DNA of 64,000 bases from positions 21,848-85,847 of the forward strand of contig JBNJNM010000020.1 in the NCBI GenBank assembly GCA_052426225.1. Reading direction: 5' to 3'. Made by a program: the position numbers and the translations under genes. Below the pieces are notes generated by a model, which was not told the origin of the DNA, ran no database searches, and saw only the letters and a program-made list of their open reading frames with translations. Of this stretch, positions 48,067 to 58,984 are shown one piece after another. Every line of letters starts with the position of its first letter. Positions within the stretch are counted from its first letter, which is position 1. The DNA comes from Zancudomyces culisetae HAW-14-8. Lineage: Eukaryota; Fungi; Kickxellomycota.

Positions 48067-49839
48067 ATGTTAAAAGCAACTGGCTCAGAGGAAAAAGCAG
48101 TGGTAGGAGAAACCAAGAATGAGGTTGATATCGGAAATAGAGTAGAGGTGAGTGAGGAACAGAGTAGAGAAGAGGCTAAGGCCAAGAATAGAAGAGAAGC
48201 ACTAGCAGCATTAACAGCAGATAAGGGTGCTGTAGGTTCAGACAGGGAAGAGCAAAGAGAGAGAGAGAAAGTGGGTAGAACAAACAGGAGAAATACTATT
48301 ATGACAATGCGAGGGTATTACGGAAAGGCGGGAAATGTAGGAGGAACCAATGGAGCGAGTGGAATGGGAAGAGGTATGGGGATGGGAATGAGTATGGGGA
48401 TGGGTATGGGTATGGGAGTAGGTGGAGGACGTAGACCAGAGGACTTGTCTGGGGAGGCGCTTGAGCTGATGACAAACCGACCAGCAGATGTGATTCCCAA
48501 TGCGATAGTGGTCAAAAACATAAATTTTGCGGTAAGCCGAGCAGAATTCCTTTCAATAATGACGAGTCTGGGGCTGCCACTGCCATATGCATTTGACTAT
48601 CATTACGAGAATGGCAACTTTAAAGGGCTTGCATTTGGAAATTTCCGAAGCAACGAAGATACAGCTAGAGTGATAGTTACAATGGATGGATACAAGTTGT
48701 TGGGCCGAGCAATCAAGGTAGAATACAAAAAAACATTGCCCATGCATGACGACGATGCACAACACAACAAGGAGAGCCGTGAGCGTGGAGCAGCAGACCT
48801 CAGAGGAATTGGAGACATGGGAATCCGAAAGCAGCATGCGATGATGGATGAAGGTGTAATGGGGCGGGGTCGGCCACCAATGGGATTTGGGGGAGACGAA
48901 GAATACCAACCTGGAAATCTGGAATTTGACGAGAATGATTTGTTGCGGTTTGTAGATTTCCGTGAAAAGGACCCCAAGCTGCTATACAACGTCATCAACC
49001 ATTTCAGAAGCGACAACAGTGTGTCGGAGATGGAACTGCCACCAGCACTTAACCATTACCAACGCCAACTGACAATGTTGCTGGCTGAGCATTTTAAGCT
49101 CAACCACGAGACCAAAGGTTCGGGTACCCAGCGAAGCATTCGACTGTACAAAAATCTGGAAACACTGCTTGAGGCTGCAGAGGTCCGTCCAACCATGTCA
49201 ACCATGCTCTCGCCACAGTTTTCGCATCTTAACATCAACCCACCAAGGCAAGCGCGTGGACGGCCAATGTCGATGATGGGCAACATGGCACCGCCACGTA
49301 ACTCCAACCGCAACTCGCTGCTGTCAACATCCAACCTGGCTCTCCTGGGTCAGCAATCGGGCTTGGATTTCGACGACACTGCTCCACTCGAGAGTCTGGC
49401 GTCTGGGTTTATGCGGTCGCGCAGCTCCACTGTCAGTGGTACAAAGGGTGGTTTTACTCCACGCAACCACTCAAACATCTACAACACAACCGCCAGCGGG
49501 CCTCATCAGCCTCACCAACCCTCTTCTCCTGCCCTGTATGCTAGTTCTTCCACTCAGAAAAATATCAACATGGCATCCGAGGACTCTCCAAACGCCAGCG
49601 GCGATGCTCCGTCACAGCGACAGCAGCAGATTCGTATTTTGCAGGAAAAACGCAACAATCGTATCTCTGCAATCTTCAATGCTCCTCCTGTTCCTATCCA
49701 TGCCACTACCCCTGATACTCCGCAAGTACCCATAATCAGTATCCATAAATCTGACAGTAAAGCCATTCCCATCATCAGTCCAACCAGTCGCAGTTTGGTT
49801 GTTCCCTCTGATGCTGAAAATGCTTCTAACTCTGATTAG
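48067..49839 (+). CDS. PIN4: Pin4/Cip1-Cip2-like RNA-binding protein (RRM + R3H-like domain)
   Basis: VIPNAIVVKNINFAV...LPLPYAFDYHYENGNFKGLAFGNF...GRAIKVEYKK RRM; MELPPALNHYQRQLTMLLAEHFKLNHETKG R3H-like region. Confidence 0.85.
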   Translation: MLKATGSEEKAVVGETKNEVDIGNRVEVSEEQSREEAKAKNRREALAALTADKGAVGSDREEQREREKVGRTNRRNTIMTMRGYYGKAGNVGGTNGASGMGRGMGMGMSMGMGMGMGVGGGRRPEDLSGEALELMTNRPADVIPNAIVVKNINFAVSRAEFLSIMTSLGLPLPYAFDYHYENGNFKGLAFGNFRSNEDTARVIVTMDGYKLLGRAIKVEYKKTLPMHDDDAQHNKESRERGAADLRGIGDMGIRKQHAMMDEGVMGRGRPPMGFGGDEEYQPGNLEFDENDLLRFVDFREKDPKLLYNVINHFRSDNSVSEMELPPALNHYQRQLTMLLAEHFKLNHETKGSGTQRSIRLYKNLETLLEAAEVRPTMSTMLSPQFSHLNINPPRQARGRPMSMMGNMAPPRNSNRNSLLSTSNLALLGQQSGLDFDDTAPLESLASGFMRSRSSTVSGTKGGFTPRNHSNIYNTTASGPHQPHQPSSPALYASSSTQKNINMASEDSPNASGDAPSQRQQQIRILQEKRNNRISAIFNAPPVPIHATTPDTPQVPIISIHKSDSKAIPIISPTSRSLVVPSDAENASNSD

Positions 49840-49956
49840 TTTTCTCCACCTCTTTTTTTTTTCTTATTTTTTTTTAATTTAATTTATTATATTATATTAT
49901 ATTATTACTATGCTATTGCGTATATTTAATGCTATAAATATCCCAGCCAACACAAC

Positions 49957-51039
49957 TTAAAAAACTTTTAATCTCTCTTCAATCATTCGGAGTGTAGCCA
50001 AGTCCATTGCCAAATACTTGTGTCTCAGTATATCAAACAACAGCGCATCTGTAGCCTCCTCCATTTTGATCCCCAGAATGTTTCTACATGCCAACTGCAA
50101 ATTCTTCAATTCGTTGCTTTCGCTGCTACATTGTCTCTCAGCATCTGTCAATACCATCATATGCCCATTTGTCTTCATTACATCCTCACTACGGCTCACT
50201 AGTCCATGCTCATGCATCAATTCGACAAAGTCTCTAGTCTTGAAATTTGCCAGCTTCAAATCTTCAAATACTACCAGTTCATTTTGCAGGAACTTGGCAC
50301 TTAGCAGACTACGGAATCCGAGCTGCCACACCTTGCGTTGAAGCTCAGTTGCATGCGACTGTGGCTGTGGCCCATGCGCCACTGCTCCTGTTCGGAACTG
50401 TGGTGCACGATGTGTACCAATTCTTGCCTTACCACGCCCCTTTTGTGATGCCTGTTTCTTGGCACTTCCACGTATATCGCTGATTGTCTTTGTGGAATGT
50501 GTGCCCTGTCGCAGACTGTTGCGCTCGTAGGTCACACATCGATGCAGTATATCCCCGCGGATTGTTGCATTGAACACTGTGCTGTCCAGCGCGATCATTT
50601 TGACTGGTGTGTATGGATTGTTGATATCCTGCACCATTGTATATACTGGCTGTGGAGTGAATAGTGGGTGGTCGTTGTGTTGTTTGAATCCATACTTGGG
50701 ATCATATTCTATTTACACATATATTGTTAGCACATCTTTTTTCTTTTCTTTTCTTTTCCTTTCTTTTCTCTCCTCTTGCTTGGGAAAAAAAATATAAAAC
50801 AAATATGATTTACCTAAATCTACTTGCTGTGCTATTCCACCATCTTTTACCCCTTCGTATTGTTCCCCTGTCGTTGTATTCGCCAGTACGCTATATCGTT
50901 GTTGTTGAGTTTTTTTTGAAACTTGGTTGGCTAATGCGCCCGAAAGAACGCTGTACGCTTTGCCGATCGGTTTAGAATTTTTGCTGAGGCCTTGCAGGGT
51001 TCTACTAGACTGCATCGAAAATAATCTATTCGGAATCAT
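49957..51039 (-). CDS. YML6: Mitochondrial large ribosomal subunit protein uL4m; exons 51039-50814 and 50708-49957
   Basis: Presequence; RGDILHRCV, RQGTHSTKT, QKGRGKARIG and GAVAHGP; intron GTAAAT...GCTAAC...AG in frame. Confidence 0.93.
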
Positions 51040-51867
51040 TTTAGCGTGTACAGTTCCCTCTATGTATTCGTTTTTTTATTATACTTTTGGTTAACTGATT
51101 GCGAATTCTGATTCAAATTCTAAAAGTTTGTATCAGACAGAAAAAAAACTAACCCAGGATTTAACAAAAACGAATTGCAATAAAATGATAACGATTCAGG
51201 TCTACTAGCTCATCCTATTCTCCAAAATACCAGAGAAAAGCTATCGTTTTCTGGTGTTTTTTTGATTTTTTTCCCTTACAAAAGCATGTTTACTATACCC
51301 GTCAAATCAAAATCAAAGAAGACAAAAAAAATTTTTTTTTAGCAATATGGTTTTTTGCTGCAACAAACTGATTCAACAGGCATATAAAGAGCCATCTGTT
51401 ATACAGAAGAACCTTGGTACATCTCAATGAGCAGAAGCGTAGGATGTGCTGGCTGGTTTCTAAAATATACACATTGGCACTTGTTCTCTACAAACCCTAA
51501 TACATTGTTCTAGCATATCTTTATTTTGCCAACAATTCCAGTTCGGCGAAAAATCACACTATTTTTTTCCCTGTCATTCTCACGCCAAATCCGTAAATTA
51601 ACAATTTAAATTATCGTGATTTTATCTTTTTTAGTTTAGTTATAATTTTTATTTACTCAATTAATTTTGCAGTCATTTAGTAAAACCTCACTACTTGGCA
51701 CATTTCAACATAACTCTTCATCGAGTATTATTTGAAACAGGTTTCTATTTTTGAAAGTTTGAAAACCATTTCAAATATCCTTCATAGGCATTCTCCCTGA
51801 TTAAACCTTAATATACCAACCTAACTACGAAAGATTTGCATCAAAAGTTCGCTTACGATTTTCCAAG

Positions 51868-54800
51868 ATGTTCAACTACCTATTGAATCTCAAGTCGGGG
51901 ACCGAGTTGGAAAATTTCATTTTCGGAATTGTTGTAGTACTGGTGTCTATCCTATCTGTTAAAGGTAAATCCGGTTACTCTTGCAACAAATGTTGCAGTT
52001 TGAAAAATTCTACAATCCTCATTTAGGGTATTTTGCCACCCGTATCTGTATTTTATTTGTGTTCTTGGTTACTGGAGGCGAATATTGTTATGAACAAGTA
52101 CCACTACTCAAAATAGAAGCGTATATTACCCATGATTTGACCAACGGTATCAATTTAGATTCGATGGCTTTGGTATTTTGTAAGTGACTGAATCGAGCTG
52201 TTATTACTTTGTTCCTTTATATTATGTACACTGAGAAATATAAACCCTGTCTTTTTATTGTATTTTTCTTTGGTCAGGATATTGGAGTTTATAGTGCAAC
52301 ATTGTTTAACTACACATGCTTATCTAAAAATGCCATTCTTTTTCCCGCAATAGCATTTTGCATGCTTTCAGGGTTGACTTTTTACATTGTGTACGGAATA
52401 CTAAACGGTGATTCAAACATTATCGAGCGAACAAACCCCATCGGTAGAAAACGTAACCATGTGCATAATCATATTCGACCAGAGTCCCAAGAAGCGTCGC
52501 TTTGGGGAATACCATGCCACAACTTCAGGTATTTTTTTTTAAACTTTTATATTGCAGCTTCTTTAGGCGCATTTGATGTTGCTTATGAGCGGGTTTTATG
52601 GCTGTTCTATTTGCACATCATGAAGTACTTATTAGCTAATCGGTGCACAAAATGGTCGCTAAAAAAACAAAACAAATAATTACCACAATAGGCCAAATGT
52701 CAACAATGGGTTGATATATGCGGTACTCCTTTCGCCTTTGGTTCTACTTTCAATGACGAGTTTGGAACATCGCCTTATCCAGCTGGATTTGGACAGACTG
52801 CACAACTATACATGTAAATACAACAAAAGATTATGTTTATTTTTTTTCTTTTTTTTCTTTGTATATTTAATGGAAATAATACACACCTGGACATATTTAA
52901 ACAGTAAATTGTACTAATCCATTTGTTTGGGTACTATTTCTATGACAGGGTGGTTGGTATCACTGCAAATACACGGATTTTCGACCCTAATGTCGATCTC
53001 CTTGGAAAAAAAGTTACACCCAGTATTCACGAGATTCCAAAAAATAATCACATTTGGCTCTGCATTGATCCCACTGTTATTGTTTAAGCTCATCTTACAT
53101 TTCGGTAATGTCCTTAATACACACAGTTGTGTATAGCCCAACTATTATATGTGTTTAATCACCAACAATGCTATTTTTTTAGTATCAGTGTTAAGCTTTG
53201 AAGAAGGATGTTCTAAGCTTGTACTTGTATATATCGCCTAATAGATTTTGCGATGATTCCCATGTTTTTCACAGTGACGCTGATGCAACTTTTTGTAATG
53301 ATGCTCCCAACCAAGATGGCTAAAAGCTTTTCTTTTGCAGAAACAACATTGATCTCGCAAGCTATCGTATTTTGTATTGTTACTTATATCTCAGGTTCCA
53401 TCGACAAGGTTAGTTGCTCTAAAACTAAAAATCAAGAATGATTGTTTTTAGCTTAATTTATCGCGATTCGAGCAATATAACAATTATTTCTATTGACTAT
53501 TTCTACGTGTTGTGGCTCTCTCATACTGAATCATGATTGATGTATACCTTATATTGAAAAATAAATAAATAGAATTCAAGTGCAAATAGTGAAGTGGCAA
53601 GAGTGCAGATATTTTTAATCTGTTCAGTTGTTTCAATGGTTGTCACCTCACTTCTTTTGCTCTTTATGAAGCCTAAATCGATTACCAACACTCTGGATGG
53701 TATAAGCACAGAAACCCACAAATTGCGAGTAAAAAACTTTTTAGGATTAACCCGCTATGTATTCTGCTATTTGGTCGGAATATTGGTGCTGTATATCGGT
53801 TTTTACCTCCATGCAAAGGTTGATCTTATACTATGGTAAGTATTTTAAACTACAAACTGTTTGTTTCTAGCTTACTCATACCTTTTACTGTGATACCCCC
53901 CTTTTTTTTGGCTAACGTTGTTGTCCAATCTTTCAAATATCGAAATACCAGGGTGCTCGAATTTACTTTTTTGGACGTGAGAAACTGCATCCTTTGTTTC
54001 TACTGGATCATATTGATATCTATTTCCGCTGGCCTGTACCTTTTACTTCCCAAATCATCACTATCCAACAACTCGTCACTGGCACTGCATCTTCGGCGAA
54101 AGTATTACCACCTTTTGATCATATTTATGCTCGTCCCTGCCATAAACCTATCAAGTAATTGGACCTCTCTTGGATTATCGGTGGGGCTGTTTGCCATGTG
54201 TATAGTCGAATCTATTCGTGTAATCGACATTCATCCTATTTCAAGTATTATTGATGGGTTTTTGGCCGACTTTGTTGATGAAAAGGATTCGGGTTTTAAC
54301 ATTACATCACACTTTTATCTCCTCTTGGGGTGCGCTCTCCCAATCTGGCTCAACTCGTAAGAACCTCTTTAAAAAAGTATTTGAATTATGCTTTGCGAGC
54401 GAATTGAGCTAAAATGGTTTTTTTTCTATGCAAATACGTAGATTTGGTTCCATAACTATGTACGCAGGTATAATCACACTCGGTGTGTCTGATTCTGTGG
54501 TAAATTTTTCTACTTCCACCTTGTATATGCTAGTGACTATTTCGCTTCCCAACACATGTTTTTTGACTAAGCCAAATCTCTGCAATAATATATAATATGT
54601 ACAATATTTACATAGGCTTCGATCGTTGGTCAGTTGTATGGAAAAAGTAAATGGTTTAGAACCAAAAAGACCGTTGAAGGTTCACTGGGATTTATTTTTT
54701 CAATGCATTTCATGTTTATCATTGTATACCTTGTCACATATGGCAGGTATTCGGTTTTTACATTCACTTTAAATGTAAGTTGCCAGCACTCAGCTATTAT

Positions 54801-55164
54801 ACTATGTTTATATTCAAACGTTTTTCTATTTTACTATAAATTCCAGTGTATCACAATCCAAACTGGAAGGTAAATATAAACCCTTGGATAAATACCTGTA
54901 GGTTTTGTGTATAACCTTTATATCATTGATTGTTGGTAAGTGAGACAGATTTAATTGCTAAAACTACTATACTTTTATATACTTTTCTATTGTCTTTGTT
55001 GAATCGCCCATTTCTCTCACTTTATAAATAGTAACATTACCACAATACTTTGTTAACAAAAACTAGGTCTGCTGGAAGCATTAACACTACAAAATGACAA
55101 CCTGATTATCCCCTTGGCTACACTAGTTTTGTTCAACTTCCTTTTTCCAATCCAGCCATATTAG
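51868..55164 (+). CDS. SEC59: Dolichol kinase (multi-exon polytopic membrane protein; internal exon limits approximate)
   Basis: LRRKYYHL, DEKDSG..ITSHFYLLLGCALPIW, GIITLGVSDS, ASIVGQLYGKSKW..TKKTVEGS and LLEALTLQNDNLIIP; stop TAG at 55162-55164. Confidence 0.88.
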
Positions 55165-55419
55165 ATTATTGATTAGAAGGTTTTACATGTATTTTAATAA
55201 ACATTGTCAAAAATAAACCGGATTATTTGAGCAAAAGATAAAAAGCGATATTAACGATTTTATCTATTGGAATAACAATGCATACTAGCCTAAATGAAAG
55301 CACCAAGGCCAAGTAAACTCGATATTGATAACGCAGTTGAAGTAGAGTAACAATCAATACACTTCTCCATGCACTTCTACAACAATACCTCTCCCCCAGC
55401 TTCTTTTTATACTATCTTA

Positions 55420-56126
55420 TTACTCGGATTTGGCGGTATCGAAGGAGTCTGATTGTTGGGGAACCGAAAGGCCCACTCTTCTCGCAGTTTTTTCAACAAG
55501 CTCCTTTTGTGTCATTCCTGGGTTGTAGAGTTTTATCAAGTCCTATTATTGCCATTCAAAAAAAATTAAACTACAAAACCCAAATCTGAGAGATTGATAT
55601 GATATGAATCAACAGTAAACTGCGAATGAAAGCTTACATTGTATTTTCTGCTGTTGTACAGGAATGTGTTCACATCGAGAGCATCTTTGAGCTTCAAATC
55701 CAGGTCATTGAATCTGAAATCTGAATAGTTATTCTGTTTAAGTTTAGATGCCGAGACACCGTTAAGTCTGTTCTCGATGGTGATCGCTCGAAGCTCGTTT
55801 TCCCAAAATTTGTTTTGATTCACCTTAGTAACCTATAAAAAAAGGGGAGGGAGATTTGTGATTAGTTTTGCAAAAATATAGCTATTACAGATAAAATAGC
55901 ATGAACTAAAACGCCAAGGTACTATTAGGTTTGGGGAAAAATACAGTAAGAGGCTGGCTTGGATACCAAACTGACGATAAAATATATCTAGCACAAAATG
56001 ACGATTTCAAACCACGAAAATCTCGATCATAAACCCATTCATACAACAAAAAGTAAAATATACCTGTTTTCTAAGACTCCTTTTAATTTGTCGGTATAGC
56101 TTGATGTCTTCTATAATTCTCCTCAT
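55420..56126 (-). CDS. FMC1: ATP synthase assembly factor Fmc1 homolog; exons 56126-56064, 55832-55638, 55542-55420
   Basis: Spliced MRRIIEDIKLYRQIKRSLRKQ...DALDVNTFLYNSRKYNDLIKLYNPGMTQKELVEKTARRVGLSVP. LYR-like N-terminus and the YNPG...TA.RVGL..P C-terminal signature of Fmc1. Confidence 0.85.
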
Positions 56127-57689
56127 TTTATGTTGGTATTTTATTGATTTTGGTCTGAATCTGAGTGTAAAAGAGAGTTTTGGTTTGATATTCGAGATTA
56201 AAAAGTGGGCACCAAAATCAAAGGACAAAATTTTTCAAATCACAAATCGAGTTTAAAACTATTGGTTGAGAAATAAGCTAAAAACGATGAAAGAAGGGAT
56301 CAAGAGGCTACTTAATCAGAAGGATATCATGGGTATAGATGTAGCCAAGAAAAGGAGTGATATACGTATTGGTCAATTAGTAGCTCTACAAATATTCGAT
56401 ATCCGATATGTGAATTTATTCACCACTGTACGACATTCTAGACAGACACATTAATAGAAATATCATTCAATTACACCTCACTCGCTTCTACTCTGTAAAC
56501 TTGGTGTTGGGTGATATGATACTATTTGCCTTTATCTATTCCCATCTCATTTCCACTCTTATACCATACCTTGCTTTGTTTGACTTTTTTATATCACAAG
56601 CGTACAAAATGTTACACAGTCGTAATAAATCCTGAGTTTTTTACTCTTACAATTCAGTATTTTTCGCTATTACTACAGACACACTCTGCGTTTCGGAGAT
56701 TTGTGTGGTATCTATTTTTATGAGTTTGTGAGTTTGTGAGTTTGTGAGTGATAATAATAGCATTAATAATGACTAACTGCTAGTATATTGTCAGTTGTGA
56801 TAGCCAATAAATGGCGTAATGTTCAAATACAAACATGTAAATAGAACACTCGATAAAAGTACAGTCTGGGCATTAATGCTATACCATTTCATGTTTGACT
56901 ATTTCTCAATAGTAGTGTATGTAGTTGTAACACATTGGATTTTGTTTTGTCCATTTGTACTTTTTTTGTTCATTTTCTGTTGTTTGCTACTTTTTAGTGA
57001 CGATAGAAATTAAAAATGAGGTATATCAACTACTACCTCAGCCAATATCGTTGTTTACTAAACAACGTTCAATGTGGTGTGTATTCTGGTACTTGGTTGA
57101 TTTGAACCATGTAAAAATGCAGAAAAAGTCACAGATTACATTTTGAAATGCTGGTTGTAGATACGGTGGTTGTTTGAAAAAGTATATTTTTTGGATCAGT
57201 TTGTTACTGAAAAAAACAGAAGAGTTAGATATTGTTGGGTTGTTAGTGCATATCCTAGCTCATTGACCATTAGTTATTAATTACCAACCATTATTCACTG
57301 ATCTACTTTTGATATTCTTTGGTGAAACACTCGAGTACGTGTTTTGAAGGAAGAAACAGATCAAAAATTGTATACTAAGTGTTTTGTAATCCATAAATGT
57401 ATTCGTTATGGCTATTTAGTCCAAATACACATCCATTTACCAACCTTAATTATCCAAACATGTAAACAGAAAGCTCTTAGTATTTTGCACAAAATTAAAA
57501 GACCCATTATAAAAGTGATGGAAATTGAAGATGGTTTAGAATTTCAAAGATCCTTTTTAAATACCAAAACTTTATCTGGCTTTAAAACCACCACATTTGA
57601 TTGCTGCAGTTCAACCAGTAAACGTCATTGGTAAAGCTAAGATTTGGTAAGAATATAAATGGACATAGTAGTAGATAAATTACACTGAG

Positions 57690-57794
57690 GAAAATGGAAA
57701 GTGGAAAATGGAAAGTGGAAAGTGGAAAGTGGAAAGTGGAAAGTGGAAAGTGGAAAGTGGAAAGTGGAAAGTGGAAAGTGGAAAGTGGAAAGTG
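57690..57794. repeat. (GAAAGTG)n heptamer array, 15 units
   Basis: GAAAATG, GAAAGTG, GAAAATG, then 12x GAAAGTG; three units longer than the left arm. Confidence 0.95.
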
Positions 57795-58284
57795 CAAAAT
57801 GAAACAATGCTTATAAAGACCTTTGGAAGTTAAAATGTTACAAGGATCGAGAATACAATGTGTTATATTTCATTACTCACAAACAGTTTGTCTAAAAGAT
57901 GCCTTTATAAAACATTAGTGGATAATTTCAAGGAACAGGTACAATGATCTTTTAAAAAGTACATGGTTTAAGATATGAACTGAGTTTTAAGAAGCAAAGT
58001 AAATGTAGATTAAATAGCATTACAAATATACGCATACACAAATATACACATACACAAATATACACATACACAAATATACACATACACAAATATACACAAA
58101 TATACACATAGTCATACACATATACAAATATATACATACATCCAAAACAGATATAAATACCCTTCACTACATCCTTTATTTTATTATCTACACACAATAT
58201 CAATTGATACAAAACCGTTTGATACAAACAAAACAAAACAATACAATACAAAACACCATCTACACTCAAGTAAAAACCACAAAA

Positions 58285-58647
58285 ATGAGAATCTCAGCAG
58301 CTACATTTATGACCGTCGGATTGGTTACAGGGGTGCTTTCTATGCCAGCGGCACCAATCAATGTCCAAGACAACAACGGATTGCCAAGAGACACACCAGT
58401 TACTGGAAACTCAAACATGGTGCCAGTAATTATGGTTGGGAACGGAGAAGCAGCCAGTGATCGTGCAATCATGACAAAGTTGAAGGAGGAAATGCAGTCA
58501 CCAGATACAGGCAAATCAGAAAAGGCAGCAGAGGTTGTCCAGTACTTGGACCAGATGTTTAGTGAAGAACAGGCACACTTACAAAAGAGATTGGGGTCAA
58601 CATACAAGTACTACAGCTCAGCGAGAATCTTGTACTACTGGCTTTAG
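58285..58647 (+). CDS. Secreted prepro-peptide precursor, copy B (120 aa; mature peptide 58591-58644)
   Basis: Same protein as copy A except A11V in the signal peptide; TATAAATA at ~58152. Confidence 0.85.
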   Translation: MRISAATFMTVGLVTGVLSMPAAPINVQDNNGLPRDTPVTGNSNMVPVIMVGNGEAASDRAIMTKLKEEMQSPDTGKSEKAAEVVQYLDQMFSEEQAHLQKRLGSTYKYYSSARILYYWL

Positions 58648-58917
58648 TAAAAGAATGAATGAGTCAAAAAGAAGAAGGAATGGAGAGGGTGTGATTTTTG
58701 AAACGCTGTATCATCAACACACTATGACCATTACTATAACTATTACTATGACTATACCATCACATTGGCATTTTACATGTTTTAGCATTATCTGAATGTC
58801 ACATAATTGATTTATTTTGTATCTGATGTTTGTTTTAGGTTAGGTATTTAAATAATCAATAAACTGATTTATACTCGAGTACATAAGCTTGAGCGCCTGG
58901 TTTTACATTTAAGCCGA

Positions 58918-58984
58918 AATATGACTGCTGAGTAGTGGGTATATGCGACTTTTACTACTCAGTAGTAACACAGCGTGTCATATT
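58918..58984 (+). other. Stem-loop downstream of the peptide gene (mirror copy 42585-42651, minus strand)
   Basis: ACTGCTGAGTAGTGGG (58924-58939) pairs with TTTACTACTCAGTAGT (58951-58966): 16 bp with 4 G-U pairs. An outer AATATGAC/GTCATATT pairing is also possible. Confidence 0.6.

Noticed and set aside
45222-56349. Calling the inverted-repeat interval a mating-type locus
   Set aside because: No HMG-box, homeodomain, alpha-box or pheromone-receptor gene is visible; the enclosed genes are housekeeping. Only the architecture is reminiscent.
58918-58984. SECIS element (ATGA precedes the stem; some early-diverging fungi use Sec)
   Set aside because: No matching 3' GA quartet or apical AA, and the upstream gene has no in-frame TGA.
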